Below are positions 27,684 to 36,000 of a stretch of DNA of 59,085 nucleotides, one piece after another (the stretch's first letter is position 1; every line of letters begins with the position of its first letter). The translations under genes were made by a program, and so were the position numbers. The notes below the pieces were generated by a model. It was not told the DNA's origin, ran no database searches, and saw only the letters and a program-made list of their open reading frames with translations. This stretch comes from an uncultured Devosia sp. (GTDB lineage Bacteria > Pseudomonadota > Alphaproteobacteria > Rhizobiales > Devosiaceae): the NCBI GenBank assembly GCA_964428685.1, contig CAYRZM010000318.1, positions 1 to 59,085 of the forward strand, read 5' to 3'.

Positions 27684-28906
27684 GCGGCTTCCCTTTCGAG
27701 AATAGCGTCGGCGCGTGCCCCGGGCCGCCAGCTGAGATTCGCGTCGCGATCTTCCAGCACCGGCGACAACACCTTTGCCACGGCAAAGGGCAAGCCAGGT
27801 GGCGAGATGTCGAGACCGATCACGGGACACTCACTTCGCCGCAACGCCCGCAGCAGATGCTGCAGGAGATCGGAGAGAACGGTGCCAGGCGGCAAGCCGC
27901 GGGGCGCGGGCGCCCTCGCCACCGCGGCCGCCTGGGCGAGCACCTCGGGGTGCGCCGCAGCTTCGAATTCGTGCCGCTCGATGTCGTCGCGCGACGCGGC
28001 GATCGAGGTCACCCTGCCCTGCGCCGCTTCCGTGATCGCCCGGATTGCCGCTCGCGCCGCGACCGGGTGGCAGCCGTAGCCCGCGGCGATCTCGATATGC
28101 CGGTCGGCACCGATCGGGGAGATCATCGCCATCACGACGGGAATACCGAGGTCCGACGTCTGGTCGAACAGCGCGAGGCTGAACCCGGCTTTGCGGATCG
28201 CGCCCTCGAGGGCATCGACCGCAGGATCGCCAAGCGCCGACGCCGAGAAGCATCGGACCAGCGCGACGTCGAGACTCGTCAGGGACGCGAGCGCGGTCCC
28301 GTCGCGCTCGATCAGCTCGCAGAGGCCGTGAAAGAGCGCCTCCTGTGTCGTATTGCCCGACGCGAGGCCATTCGTCGTCTTGCAGATGCCTTTGATGTCC
28401 GTTGCTTCGCCATCGACGTCCACCGCCGCGCGCGGCACGAGCACTTGGGCGCCGCTGAGCAGGTCGCGGCCTTCGAGCCACGCGATCCGCTTCTCGCGAT
28501 AGAACCGGCCCCGCATGAGCTTCCGCGGGTCGAACCACCGCGAGCCTTCGCGGTCGAGTTCACTTGCGGATGCGGTTCGCAGCAACCCGTGCGGACGCTC
28601 CGCAATCGCAGCCTCGGCCGACTCCATGATCGCCGAAGCGCAGGCCGCTGCATCGGTCAGGCCCTTTCCCTGAGAGCCCGCCAGCGAGCGCGAGTTCGGC
28701 CGAAAGGCGGCCCAGCACGGAATGCCGATGCGATCGAGCCCGGTCTGCCGCGCGACGCGCGAGATGCCGAGGTCTTCGAGCACCGGCCAGAGTCGCCCGA
28801 CTGTCTCTTCCGGCGTCACCTGCCGGTCGAAATAGCGGGCAAGCTCGAGACCGGCCAGAAAAGGCGCCTCGGTCCAGATGGGAAGCACCCTCTCGGCCGG
28901 TCTCAT
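27680..28906 (-). CDS. YcaO-family protein (TfuA-associated, probable thioamide-forming)
   Basis: TGLDRIGIP, QGKG, SAIMES, TNGLASG, LCELIERD, AITEAAQGR; ATGA overlap with TfuA. Confidence 0.93.
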   Translation of the reverse strand: MRPAERVLPIWTEAPFLAGLELARYFDRQVTPEETVGRLWPVLEDLGISRVARQTGLDRIGIPCWAAFRPNSRSLAGSQGKGLTDAAACASAIMESAEAAIAERPHGLLRTASASELDREGSRWFDPRKLMRGRFYREKRIAWLEGRDLLSGAQVLVPRAAVDVDGEATDIKGICKTTNGLASGNTTQEALFHGLCELIERDGTALASLTSLDVALVRCFSASALGDPAVDALEGAIRKAGFSLALFDQTSDLGIPVVMAMISPIGADRHIEIAAGYGCHPVAARAAIRAITEAAQGRVTSIAASRDDIERHEFEAAAHPEVLAQAAAVARAPAPRGLPPGTVLSDLLQHLLRALRRSECPVIGLDISPPGLPFAVAKVLSPVLEDRDANLSWRPGARADAILEREAA

Positions 28907-28909
28907 GGT

Positions 28910-29059
28910 TCAGATCACGAAACGGCCGATGATGCCGTCGCGGGCACGCCGCGACGGCGGAACCTTGGCCTTGGTCTTCTTGGTCTTCTTGGTGTCGGCC
29001 GATGGCGCAGGCGTAGTGGCCCCGAAGAACGGATCGGGGTCGGTGTGGATGTGCCGCAT
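28910..29059 (-). CDS. Candidate RiPP precursor peptide, 49 aa
   Basis: GGAAGGA RBS; MRHIHTDPDPFFGATTPAPSADTKKTKKTKAKVPPSRRARDGIIGRFVI*; stop 3 nt before the YcaO ATG. Confidence 0.7.
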   Translation of the reverse strand: MRHIHTDPDPFFGATTPAPSADTKKTKKTKAKVPPSRRARDGIIGRFVI

Positions 29060-29148
29060 TGGAATGTCCTTCCAGGTTGAACAAACCCGGAAAGGCTAGA
29101 CCATGCCGACGCTGCGCGATGCAGCAACGTCCCTTACGAAGTGTTCGC

Positions 29149-31038
29149 TCAGGCAAAACCCGCCACGCGCAATCCCGTAAGCAGATGATCCCGATCCGTG
29201 GCGTTGCGGATAGGGAACAGGTAGTTCGCGAGGCTGAAATCGGGATGCTCCGCCATGAAGGCATCGCGGTGTCGTCTCGCCATTTCGACGTTGCCGGCCA
29301 GCGCCTCGGCCGCCGCGGAAATGCGGCCGGCAGAGGCCGGGTTTTGCATCCGCGCGATGCTTTGCTTGCACGCCTCGTAATCCCGAAGCAGGAAATGCGA
29401 CGTCGCATCGGTCCAGTGATAGACGTCGGGCCCGAGCGGGTTGAGGTCGAGCGCACGATCGAGCAGCGGCCTCGCATCCGGATGCTTCCCGATGTGGATC
29501 AGCGCATCCGCCAGCATGCACAGCACATCAGCGTAGTGCGGCCCCCGATCCGCGGCCATGCTGAGGCTCTCGACGGCCTCGTCGAGGCGATCGAGATAGA
29601 TCAGGGCGTGCCCCACCTCCCTGTGAACGAGGGGATCGCCGGGGTCCTCCGCGTGCGCCTGCCGCGCCTGTATCAGCGCGGCGTCGAGCGGCGCCCGGTC
29701 CTGCCGGCCGAGGAGGAGGTATTCGAGCGATAGCGTGCGCGCCAGCATCGCGCGTGCTCGCGAAAATCGCGGGGACAGGGTGAGCGCGTGCGCGAAGCGC
29801 TTCCTCGCCCGCCGCAGGTTGGGGAGTTCAGCAGCTCGCATCTGCTCGTTTCCGATGAGGTAGTGCACGTAGCTCGAGGCAGCACCTGTCGCGCGCGAGA
29901 TCGTCAGCTCGCGCTGCTCGATTCCCTGCGCGACCCGCGCGCCCAGGCCGGAAGCGAGGCTAAAGTGGCTTGCCTCGAGTGTCTCTTCTCGAAACTGCAT
30001 CTCCTCGCTGAGGATGATTTCGTGGGTCGCAATGGCGGAGAGCGTGACACTGAGACGTGTCTGGTTCCCATGCCCGGGCTTGAGAGCTGTCGAAACCAAA
30101 TAGTCGGCGCGGTAGGGGTTGCCGCGATCGAACGGCGCGGCCGCCAGACGACGAGCAGTATGCGAAGCGCAAACCGCAAAGGTGCGCGCCTGGCTGAGAG
30201 AGTGGATGACTTCGTCGATGAGGGCCTCGCCGAGCGTCAGGGCCCGCGCGCCTGATTCGAGATGCGCCGACAGTGGCGGCAGCACGAGGAGCCGGGGGAC
30301 GCCCGTGAGCATCGCCGGCAGGTCCGGCGCCGTTCCCGCCGTCGGCGTTGCCGGCGCGAGCTCGCGCAGGAGGCGATCAGTCCTGCCCGTTGGCCGCGCC
30401 GAAAGGTCATCGTAGAGGCGACGCGAGAGGCGCTCATAAGGGCGCGACGGATCGCTCCCGAGAGTGGTTGCCACAACCATTTGCGCCCGGGCCAGATCCT
30501 CGTCGAACGGCGCAAATTCTACGATCTGGGACAACAGGTCGGCCGCTTGGCGGCTCCTTACCGCGAGCGCCCCTTCGATCGCGAGTGAAACGAATCTCTC
30601 GCGCACCTCTTCGCGCTCAGCGATCAGCCACACAGCGGCCTCACCTTCGACGTCGTCGAACCCTTCGAGGAGATCGCCCCGCCAAAGTCCGGCGAGGCGA
30701 TCGAGAGCCTCGCTCGTCGCTACCGTCTTCAGCGACAGCAGGATGGAGAGATCGCTGGGGACGGTCTCGGGCGGACGGCCGACCGTCTCAGTGTCGGCAG
30801 CAAAGACCGCCACGCCCGCCGAAGCTTCGAACGCGCGGCAGCTTTTGAGCATCTGCCTGAGGTTGGCGTAGGCCCCCGGTCCGGTCGCCCCCGGGTAGAG
30901 CCAGGTCGCGAGCTCCGAGCGGGGAATTCGGCGGCCAGGACTGCTGTCCAGGCGCGCGACGGCGATATACGCGGCCCCGGGCAGCTTCGGGCCTGCCGCG
31001 GGTCCGTCCAGCTGCGGATATCCGAAAAGCCTCAGCAT
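29149..31038 (-). CDS. SARP/BTAD-like transcriptional regulator with C-terminal TPRs
   Basis: LRLFGYP...RSELATWLY...NLRQ...LWRGDLLEG...WL..ERE; TPR-like segments (LDRALDLNP). Confidence 0.8.
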   Translation of the reverse strand: MLRLFGYPQLDGPAAGPKLPGAAYIAVARLDSSPGRRIPRSELATWLYPGATGPGAYANLRQMLKSCRAFEASAGVAVFAADTETVGRPPETVPSDLSILLSLKTVATSEALDRLAGLWRGDLLEGFDDVEGEAAVWLIAEREEVRERFVSLAIEGALAVRSRQAADLLSQIVEFAPFDEDLARAQMVVATTLGSDPSRPYERLSRRLYDDLSARPTGRTDRLLRELAPATPTAGTAPDLPAMLTGVPRLLVLPPLSAHLESGARALTLGEALIDEVIHSLSQARTFAVCASHTARRLAAAPFDRGNPYRADYLVSTALKPGHGNQTRLSVTLSAIATHEIILSEEMQFREETLEASHFSLASGLGARVAQGIEQRELTISRATGAASSYVHYLIGNEQMRAAELPNLRRARKRFAHALTLSPRFSRARAMLARTLSLEYLLLGRQDRAPLDAALIQARQAHAEDPGDPLVHREVGHALIYLDRLDEAVESLSMAADRGPHYADVLCMLADALIHIGKHPDARPLLDRALDLNPLGPDVYHWTDATSHFLLRDYEACKQSIARMQNPASAGRISAAAEALAGNVEMARRHRDAFMAEHPDFSLANYLFPIRNATDRDHLLTGLRVAGFA

Positions 31039-31170
31039 GGCTCAAAGGTTAACGCGCGCTAGGCAATTGTGCCAATCGGGAAACCACGGATGGCTAACTC
31101 CGCTACGGGGGCAACCGGCTGCGCGCCAGATTCCTCGCGCTATTCTGAAGACCCTAGACGCGAGGTACCC

Positions 31171-31947
31171 ATGTTTGCCGAGATGCATCCCCCGCATGCC
31201 GCTCTCAATGACGGGCAGCTTCGGCGCTACATGCGCCAGACCGTCATCGCGCCTTTTGGCACACCCGGCCAGGTGAGGCTGCTCCACGCGCATGTGCTCG
31301 TCATTGGCGCGGGCGGCCTGGGCAGCCCGGTGCTCGCCTATCTCGCGGCCGCCGGCATCGGCACCTTGACGATCGCCGATGGCGACCGGGTCTCGGTGAG
31401 CAACCTCAACCGGCAGATCGTGCACCGCACCTCCGACGAGGGACGGCTGAAGTCGGAACGCGCCGCCGAGTTCGTTGCCGCTCTCAACCCCGGCGTACAG
31501 GTCACAACGCATGGATACGTCTCCGGCGCTGAGCTCCCGGCCCTCGCCGGGGCGGCTGACGTCGTGGTCGACGGCTCGGACAATCTCGACACGCGGCGGG
31601 CCGTAGCGGCCGCGGCCCTCGGCGCCGGCAAACCGCTGGTGACGGGGGCCGTGGGCCAGCTTGAGGGGTACGTCGCGGTTTTCCCGGCAGTCGGCGTCGG
31701 TTTGCCGGCGGGGTTTGAGGCGCTCTTCCCGCCCGGCCCCGAGCCGGTTCGCTGCGAGGCCTCCGGAACGATCGGTGCGGTCACGGGCGTTATCGGCAGC
31801 CTGATGGCGATGGAGACGATCAAGGTGATCAGCGGACTGGGACGGCCACTTGTTCGTCGTGCAATTCATTACGACGCTAAGGAAGCCTCCTTCAGCACCA
31901 TCGACCTCGTCGTCGGTGCTAAGATTTGCGCGATCGTTGGCGGCTGA
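31171..31947 (+). CDS. ThiF/MoeB/HesA-family adenylyltransferase
   Basis: RYMRQ, VIGAGGLG, D.D.V.VSNLNRQ, DGSDN, GVIGSLMAMETIK. Confidence 0.9.
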   Translation: MFAEMHPPHAALNDGQLRRYMRQTVIAPFGTPGQVRLLHAHVLVIGAGGLGSPVLAYLAAAGIGTLTIADGDRVSVSNLNRQIVHRTSDEGRLKSERAAEFVAALNPGVQVTTHGYVSGAELPALAGAADVVVDGSDNLDTRRAVAAAALGAGKPLVTGAVGQLEGYVAVFPAVGVGLPAGFEALFPPGPEPVRCEASGTIGAVTGVIGSLMAMETIKVISGLGRPLVRRAIHYDAKEASFSTIDLVVGAKICAIVGG

Positions 31948-32202
31948 TCAGGGCCGCTGCCTCAGAAGAGGCATTGCACCTTTCTTGATCGCTTCAACCA
32001 CGGTGTGGGTCCTGTTGAGTGTCCCCCACCGTTCGGCGACGCGCCGGTAGTGAAACATCACCGTAGCTTTCGATATCCCGAGTGCTGCCGCCGTATCGTG
32101 CGCCGACTTTCCCTCCGCGAATAGCGAGAGGACCTCCGCTTCGCGTGTGGACAGCTCAAGGTCGGTATCCGGATGCGGTGCGGAGTTGTCGAGTGAAGGC
32201 AC
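31948..32202 (-). CDS. Stand-alone LuxR-type HTH protein
   Basis: LSTREAEVLSLFAEGKS...LGISKATVMFH...NRTHTVVEAI. Confidence 0.75.
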   Translation of the reverse strand: MPSLDNSAPHPDTDLELSTREAEVLSLFAEGKSAHDTAAALGISKATVMFHYRRVAERWGTLNRTHTVVEAIKKGAMPLLRQRP

Positions 32203-32395
32203 GGCGGCAATCTTCGAACTGAAGTTACGCTACCGCTGTCGCAGATCTTTTGGGTCCGTTTGGTCCCTTACGGACGAACTCCGTCTGAAGCTGAGCGACC
32301 GGTTGACTGGAGGTTCCCGTGCGATGTGACGCGATACCGGCAGCAAGTCAGCGGTCGGACATCACCTCCAGGAAACAGCGGACGGGCTCGCGATT

Positions 32396-32419
32396 GTTTG
32401 CTTTGGGCCAGAAACCGGC
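32396..32419 (+). repeat. 24-bp site, copy 5 (degenerate arms)
   Basis: GTTTGCT-TTGGGCCAGA-AACCGGC, upstream of the small recombinase. Confidence 0.45.
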
Positions 32420-32482
32420 TCTTGAGATAAGCTGGGCCGCTCGCGGGAGCGAAGCGGTGGGCGGGATGGCGAGGATATCGTC

Positions 32483-33097
32483 ATGGACACCGTCGCTCAG
32501 GTTCGCCAGCCTTGGAACAAGGGACTAATTGTCGGCCCTAAGAGACCACTGATGCCGAGGCAGGTCTGGTCGATCCGCGTTCGGCTCGAGATGTCTGCTT
32601 CGGCGCGGGATCTCGCATTGTTCGATCTAGCGATCGACTGCAAGCTGCGAGCATCCGACTTGGTCAGCCTCAAGGTCGAGAATGTCTGCTCCGGGCCGGC
32701 TGTCCGAGATCGCGCGATTATCACGCAACTCAAGACTGGACGACCCGTCCAGTTCGAGATCACCGAGGTCACCCGACAATCGATCGAACGGTTGATCGTC
32801 GTCCAGTCGCTGCACGATGGCTACCTGTTTCGAAGCCGAGCGCATGGACAGGCGCACATCTCGTCGCGGCAGTATGCTCGCATGGTTCATCGTTGGATCA
32901 GCAACATAGGACTTGATGACCGCGGTTTCGGAACACACCCGCTCCGAAGAACCAAGGTTGCACAGCTCTATCGCAAGACGGGAAACCTAAGGGCCGTCCA
33001 GTTGCTACTCGGCCACGCCAAAATCGAGACAACCGTCCGCTATCTCGGTGTCGACATGGATGATGCCCTGCGACTGGCGGAGCAGATTGAACTCTAG
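32483..33097 (+). CDS. Small catalytic-domain-only tyrosine recombinase
   Basis: PWNKG N-terminus; KLRASDL, KTG, THPLRRT, LLGH, VRYLG. Confidence 0.92.
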   Translation: MDTVAQVRQPWNKGLIVGPKRPLMPRQVWSIRVRLEMSASARDLALFDLAIDCKLRASDLVSLKVENVCSGPAVRDRAIITQLKTGRPVQFEITEVTRQSIERLIVVQSLHDGYLFRSRAHGQAHISSRQYARMVHRWISNIGLDDRGFGTHPLRRTKVAQLYRKTGNLRAVQLLLGHAKIETTVRYLGVDMDDALRLAEQIEL

Positions 33098-33122
33098 CCA
33101 AGCAGTTGGCGCGAAATCAAAG

Positions 33123-33146
33123 GTCAGTTTCGCGCCAGAAGCGGGA
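33123..33146 (+). repeat. 24-bp 7-10-7 site, copy 6
   Basis: GTCAGTT-TCGCGCCAGA-AGCGGGA, 25 bp after the recombinase stop. Confidence 0.6.
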
Positions 33147-33214
33147 GCTGTTCCCCAACATGGGTATCGACGACGCTCAACCCACGCTCGGCGCTAAACG
33201 ACTTTGCCTCGCAA

Positions 33215-34273
33215 CTATGGAGTCGTGGACAACTTGCCGGGAACCACCGCTCCTAGGCCCTCAGCCACTCCTCGGAGATTAGCCTCCACTGTGGGGACCG
33301 CCGCCCGGCGCCCGGCATGGTCGAGGCGAACGACGCGTTCGTCGGCAAGTCCAAAGGCCGGCGCAACGGCCGCGCCGTGCTCGCGGGCTAAAGTGAGAAA
33401 GGCTCCTGGATCGACGCTGGTCGGAAGGCGCACAGTTGTAGCGAGGTTGGAAGCCTGAGCGTCATCGTCAATCCATAGTGGCACGCCGAGGAGGCGCAGG
33501 CCGCCGCGGGTTGCAGCGGCCGCTTGCTTATGCCGGGCGATGCAAGCTGCGAGGGTTTCATCCTCGACACGCGTCAGGGCTGCGTCCAGCGCCCAGAATT
33601 CCAATGCGGAGGGCATGCCCGGTAGGGCGCCGCGGCCCTGGTCGAGCCAGCTGGTCTTGAGATCGAGCAGGGCAAGGCTCGAACGCACCGCCTGCGAATC
33701 CATCGCCGCCCAGGCGCGCGGGCTGACGCTGAGCGCGGAGAGGCCGGCTGGACCAGCCAGCGCCTTCTGCGGCCCGATCACGCAGACGTCGATGCCGAGC
33801 TCATCGATCGCCAGTGGATGGCCGCCGACCGAAGCCACGGCATCGACGACCAGCAGCGCGCCTTTCGCTCGGCCGAGCGCTGCCACCTCGGCTAGCGGAT
33901 TGAGGATGCCGCTCGAAGTTTCGGCATGGACGATCGCGACGAGATCGACCCTGGGCAGCCGATCCAGGGCACGCGCGACCGCCTCCAAGGTGATCGGCCT
34001 GCCGGGCTCCGCCGCCACCGAGTGCACATCGGCACCGGCGCGTCGCAGCCAGTCGCCGAAATACCCGCCATAGGGGCTGGTGATGATGTTGAGCGCCACC
34101 AGACCGGGGCGGCTGAGGCTGGCTGCCGCGGCCTCGAGAGCAAGAATGGCTTCGGCTTGCACGAAGACCACGTCGCTCTTGGTGGCGAGCAGCGCCTTCA
34201 GCCGATCGGCGAGGAGCGCATAGCGGTCCGCCGGGTACGGTGGCACGTCAAGAAGACCCGATGGACTCGTCAT
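33215..34273 (-). CDS. Class V PLP-dependent aminotransferase
   Basis: VHAETSSG, VDAVASVGG, GPQKALAGPAG (PLP Lys). Confidence 0.9.
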   Translation of the reverse strand: MTSPSGLLDVPPYPADRYALLADRLKALLATKSDVVFVQAEAILALEAAAASLSRPGLVALNIITSPYGGYFGDWLRRAGADVHSVAAEPGRPITLEAVARALDRLPRVDLVAIVHAETSSGILNPLAEVAALGRAKGALLVVDAVASVGGHPLAIDELGIDVCVIGPQKALAGPAGLSALSVSPRAWAAMDSQAVRSSLALLDLKTSWLDQGRGALPGMPSALEFWALDAALTRVEDETLAACIARHKQAAAATRGGLRLLGVPLWIDDDAQASNLATTVRLPTSVDPGAFLTLAREHGAAVAPAFGLADERVVRLDHAGRRAAVPTVEANLRGVAEGLGAVVPGKLSTTP

Positions 34274-35103
34274 GCCGCCCTCGCTGGTTGCCGATTGCCG
34301 CGCAACACGACGCGATAGAGCAGGCCGGCAAGACCGACCAGCGTCAGTGTGAAGACGAAGACGCTGCTGGCAGCAGCGTATACCGCCGGAGACGGGCCAT
34401 ACTGCAGGCTACCGTAGAGATAGACCGGCAGGGTGCTGATCGAGGGCGTGGTCAGAAAGCTCGAGATCACGAGATTGTCGAAGGAGAAGACGTAGCTCAC
34501 CAGCGCGCTGGCCAGTACCGCGGGCGCGAGATGCGGCAGGATGATGTAGCGGATGGTCTGCCACCCGTTGGCGCCGAGGTCGGCGGCCGCCTCTTCGAGG
34601 CGGCGATCGAGCGTCAGCACGCCGGCACGCACGATCAGCGCGGTCACAGCGATGGCGAGCGGGGTGATCCCGGCGATCAGCGTCGGCATTCCGAGCTTCA
34701 CCCGGGTCACCGAATAGAACAGCAGCAGCGACACGCCGATCACCGTCTCCGGCACGATCAACAAGACATAGGTGAGGCCACCGAGAATGCGACGCACAGT
34801 GCCGTTCGGATGACGGACGAGCGCATAGCCGAGGCAGGTGCCGAACAGCACTGCGACAATGGCCGACCAGAAGGAGGCGACGAGGCTGACCTCCACCGCA
34901 TGCCGCAGGGTTGGGTTGGTCCACGCATCGGCGAACCACGCCGTTGTCCAGCCGGTGAAGGTCGAGGTCTGTTTGTTGAGCGAACCGAGATTGAACGAAT
35001 AGACAATCGAGGTGAGGATCGGCGCAAACAGGAACAGCACGACCAGGACGTACCACGCGCCGAGGCCAATGGACCTAGTCATTCCGGAGCGCGCACCGCT
35101 CAC
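34270..35103 (-). CDS. ABC permease, PotC-like
   Basis: LEEAAADLGA EAA motif, SFDN, TLPVYLY. Confidence 0.9.
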   Translation of the reverse strand: MSGARSGMTRSIGLGAWYVLVVLFLFAPILTSIVYSFNLGSLNKQTSTFTGWTTAWFADAWTNPTLRHAVEVSLVASFWSAIVAVLFGTCLGYALVRHPNGTVRRILGGLTYVLLIVPETVIGVSLLLFYSVTRVKLGMPTLIAGITPLAIAVTALIVRAGVLTLDRRLEEAAADLGANGWQTIRYIILPHLAPAVLASALVSYVFSFDNLVISSFLTTPSISTLPVYLYGSLQYGPSPAVYAAASSVFVFTLTLVGLAGLLYRVVLRGNRQPARAA

Positions 35104-35996
35104 GCCGGCACCTCATCGAAGCCGCGCGTGAGGCGAACCAGCGCCAGCACCATCGCGGCGACTGCGATCAACACCAGCACGGCCATTGCCGAGCCGAGCG
35201 CATATTTCTGCGTTGCGAGAAACTGCTGCGAGATGGCCATGCCCATGAGCACGCCCTTGTCGCCGCCGAGCAGGGCCGGGATCACCAGTTCGCCCAGCAT
35301 CGGCACACCGGTGAGCAGCGCTGCCGTCGCCACACCCGGGCGGCTCAGCGGCAGCACGACGTGGCGGAAGGTCTGCCAGCCATTGGCGCCGAGGTCCTGG
35401 CTCGCCTCGACGAGGCGGGCGGGAATGCGGATGATGACGAGATAGATGGGGATCACCGCGATCGGCAGGTACGCATAGACCAGACCGATGAACACGGCCG
35501 TCTGGGTGTCGAGCACGTCGAGCGGTCCACTCATCAGATGGGATATATTGAGCAGCCACTCCACGGGGCCACCACGCGCGAGCAATATCTGCCAGCTCAT
35601 CACGCGGATGAGGAAGCTGGTGAAGTAGGGGACGAGCACCAGCAACAACAACACGGTGCGGAACGGTCCGGCCTGCCGAGCGATGAACAAAGCGGCTGGA
35701 TAGGCGACCAAGAGGCAGAGCACGCAGCCGGTCAGCGCGAAGCGGATCGTGCGCAGGAAGCTGTCGAGATAGAAGCCGGACAACGCCTGCGCGTAGTTGT
35801 CCAGGGTAAAGCCCAGCTTCACGCTGCCGAAGCCCGACTGCCCGAAGCTGAACACCACGGTGAAGCCGAGCGGGATGATGAAGACGCCAAGCAGCCAGAG
35901 CGCGGGCAAGGCGGCAAGCACATGATCAAGCGCACGGCCGACCGCGTCGGTGCGGCCGGCCGGTTCTGTGTTCCGTGCAGTCGACGTTTCCGCCAA
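35100..35996 (-). CDS. ABC permease, PotB-like
   Basis: PYFTSFLIR, LVEASQDLGA, PALLGG; TTG start inferred. Confidence 0.88.
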   Translation of the reverse strand: MAETSTARNTEPAGRTDAVGRALDHVLAALPALWLLGVFIIPLGFTVVFSFGQSGFGSVKLGFTLDNYAQALSGFYLDSFLRTIRFALTGCVLCLLVAYPAALFIARQAGPFRTVLLLLVLVPYFTSFLIRVMSWQILLARGGPVEWLLNISHLMSGPLDVLDTQTAVFIGLVYAYLPIAVIPIYLVIIRIPARLVEASQDLGANGWQTFRHVVLPLSRPGVATAALLTGVPMLGELVIPALLGGDKGVLMGMAISQQFLATQKYALGSAMAVLVLIAVAAMVLALVRLTRGFDEVPA

Positions 35997-36000
35997 CGCC

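Noticed and set aside
28915-29127. 70-aa Arg-rich ORF as RiPP precursor
   Set aside because: Alternative frame without a clear RBS; 28910-29059 has an RBS and better spacing to YcaO
17635-33146. Classical integron or CRISPR explanation for the repeats
   Set aside because: No RYYYAAC/GTTRRRY attC ends, recombinase too short for IntI, kb-scale irregular spacing, no cas genes
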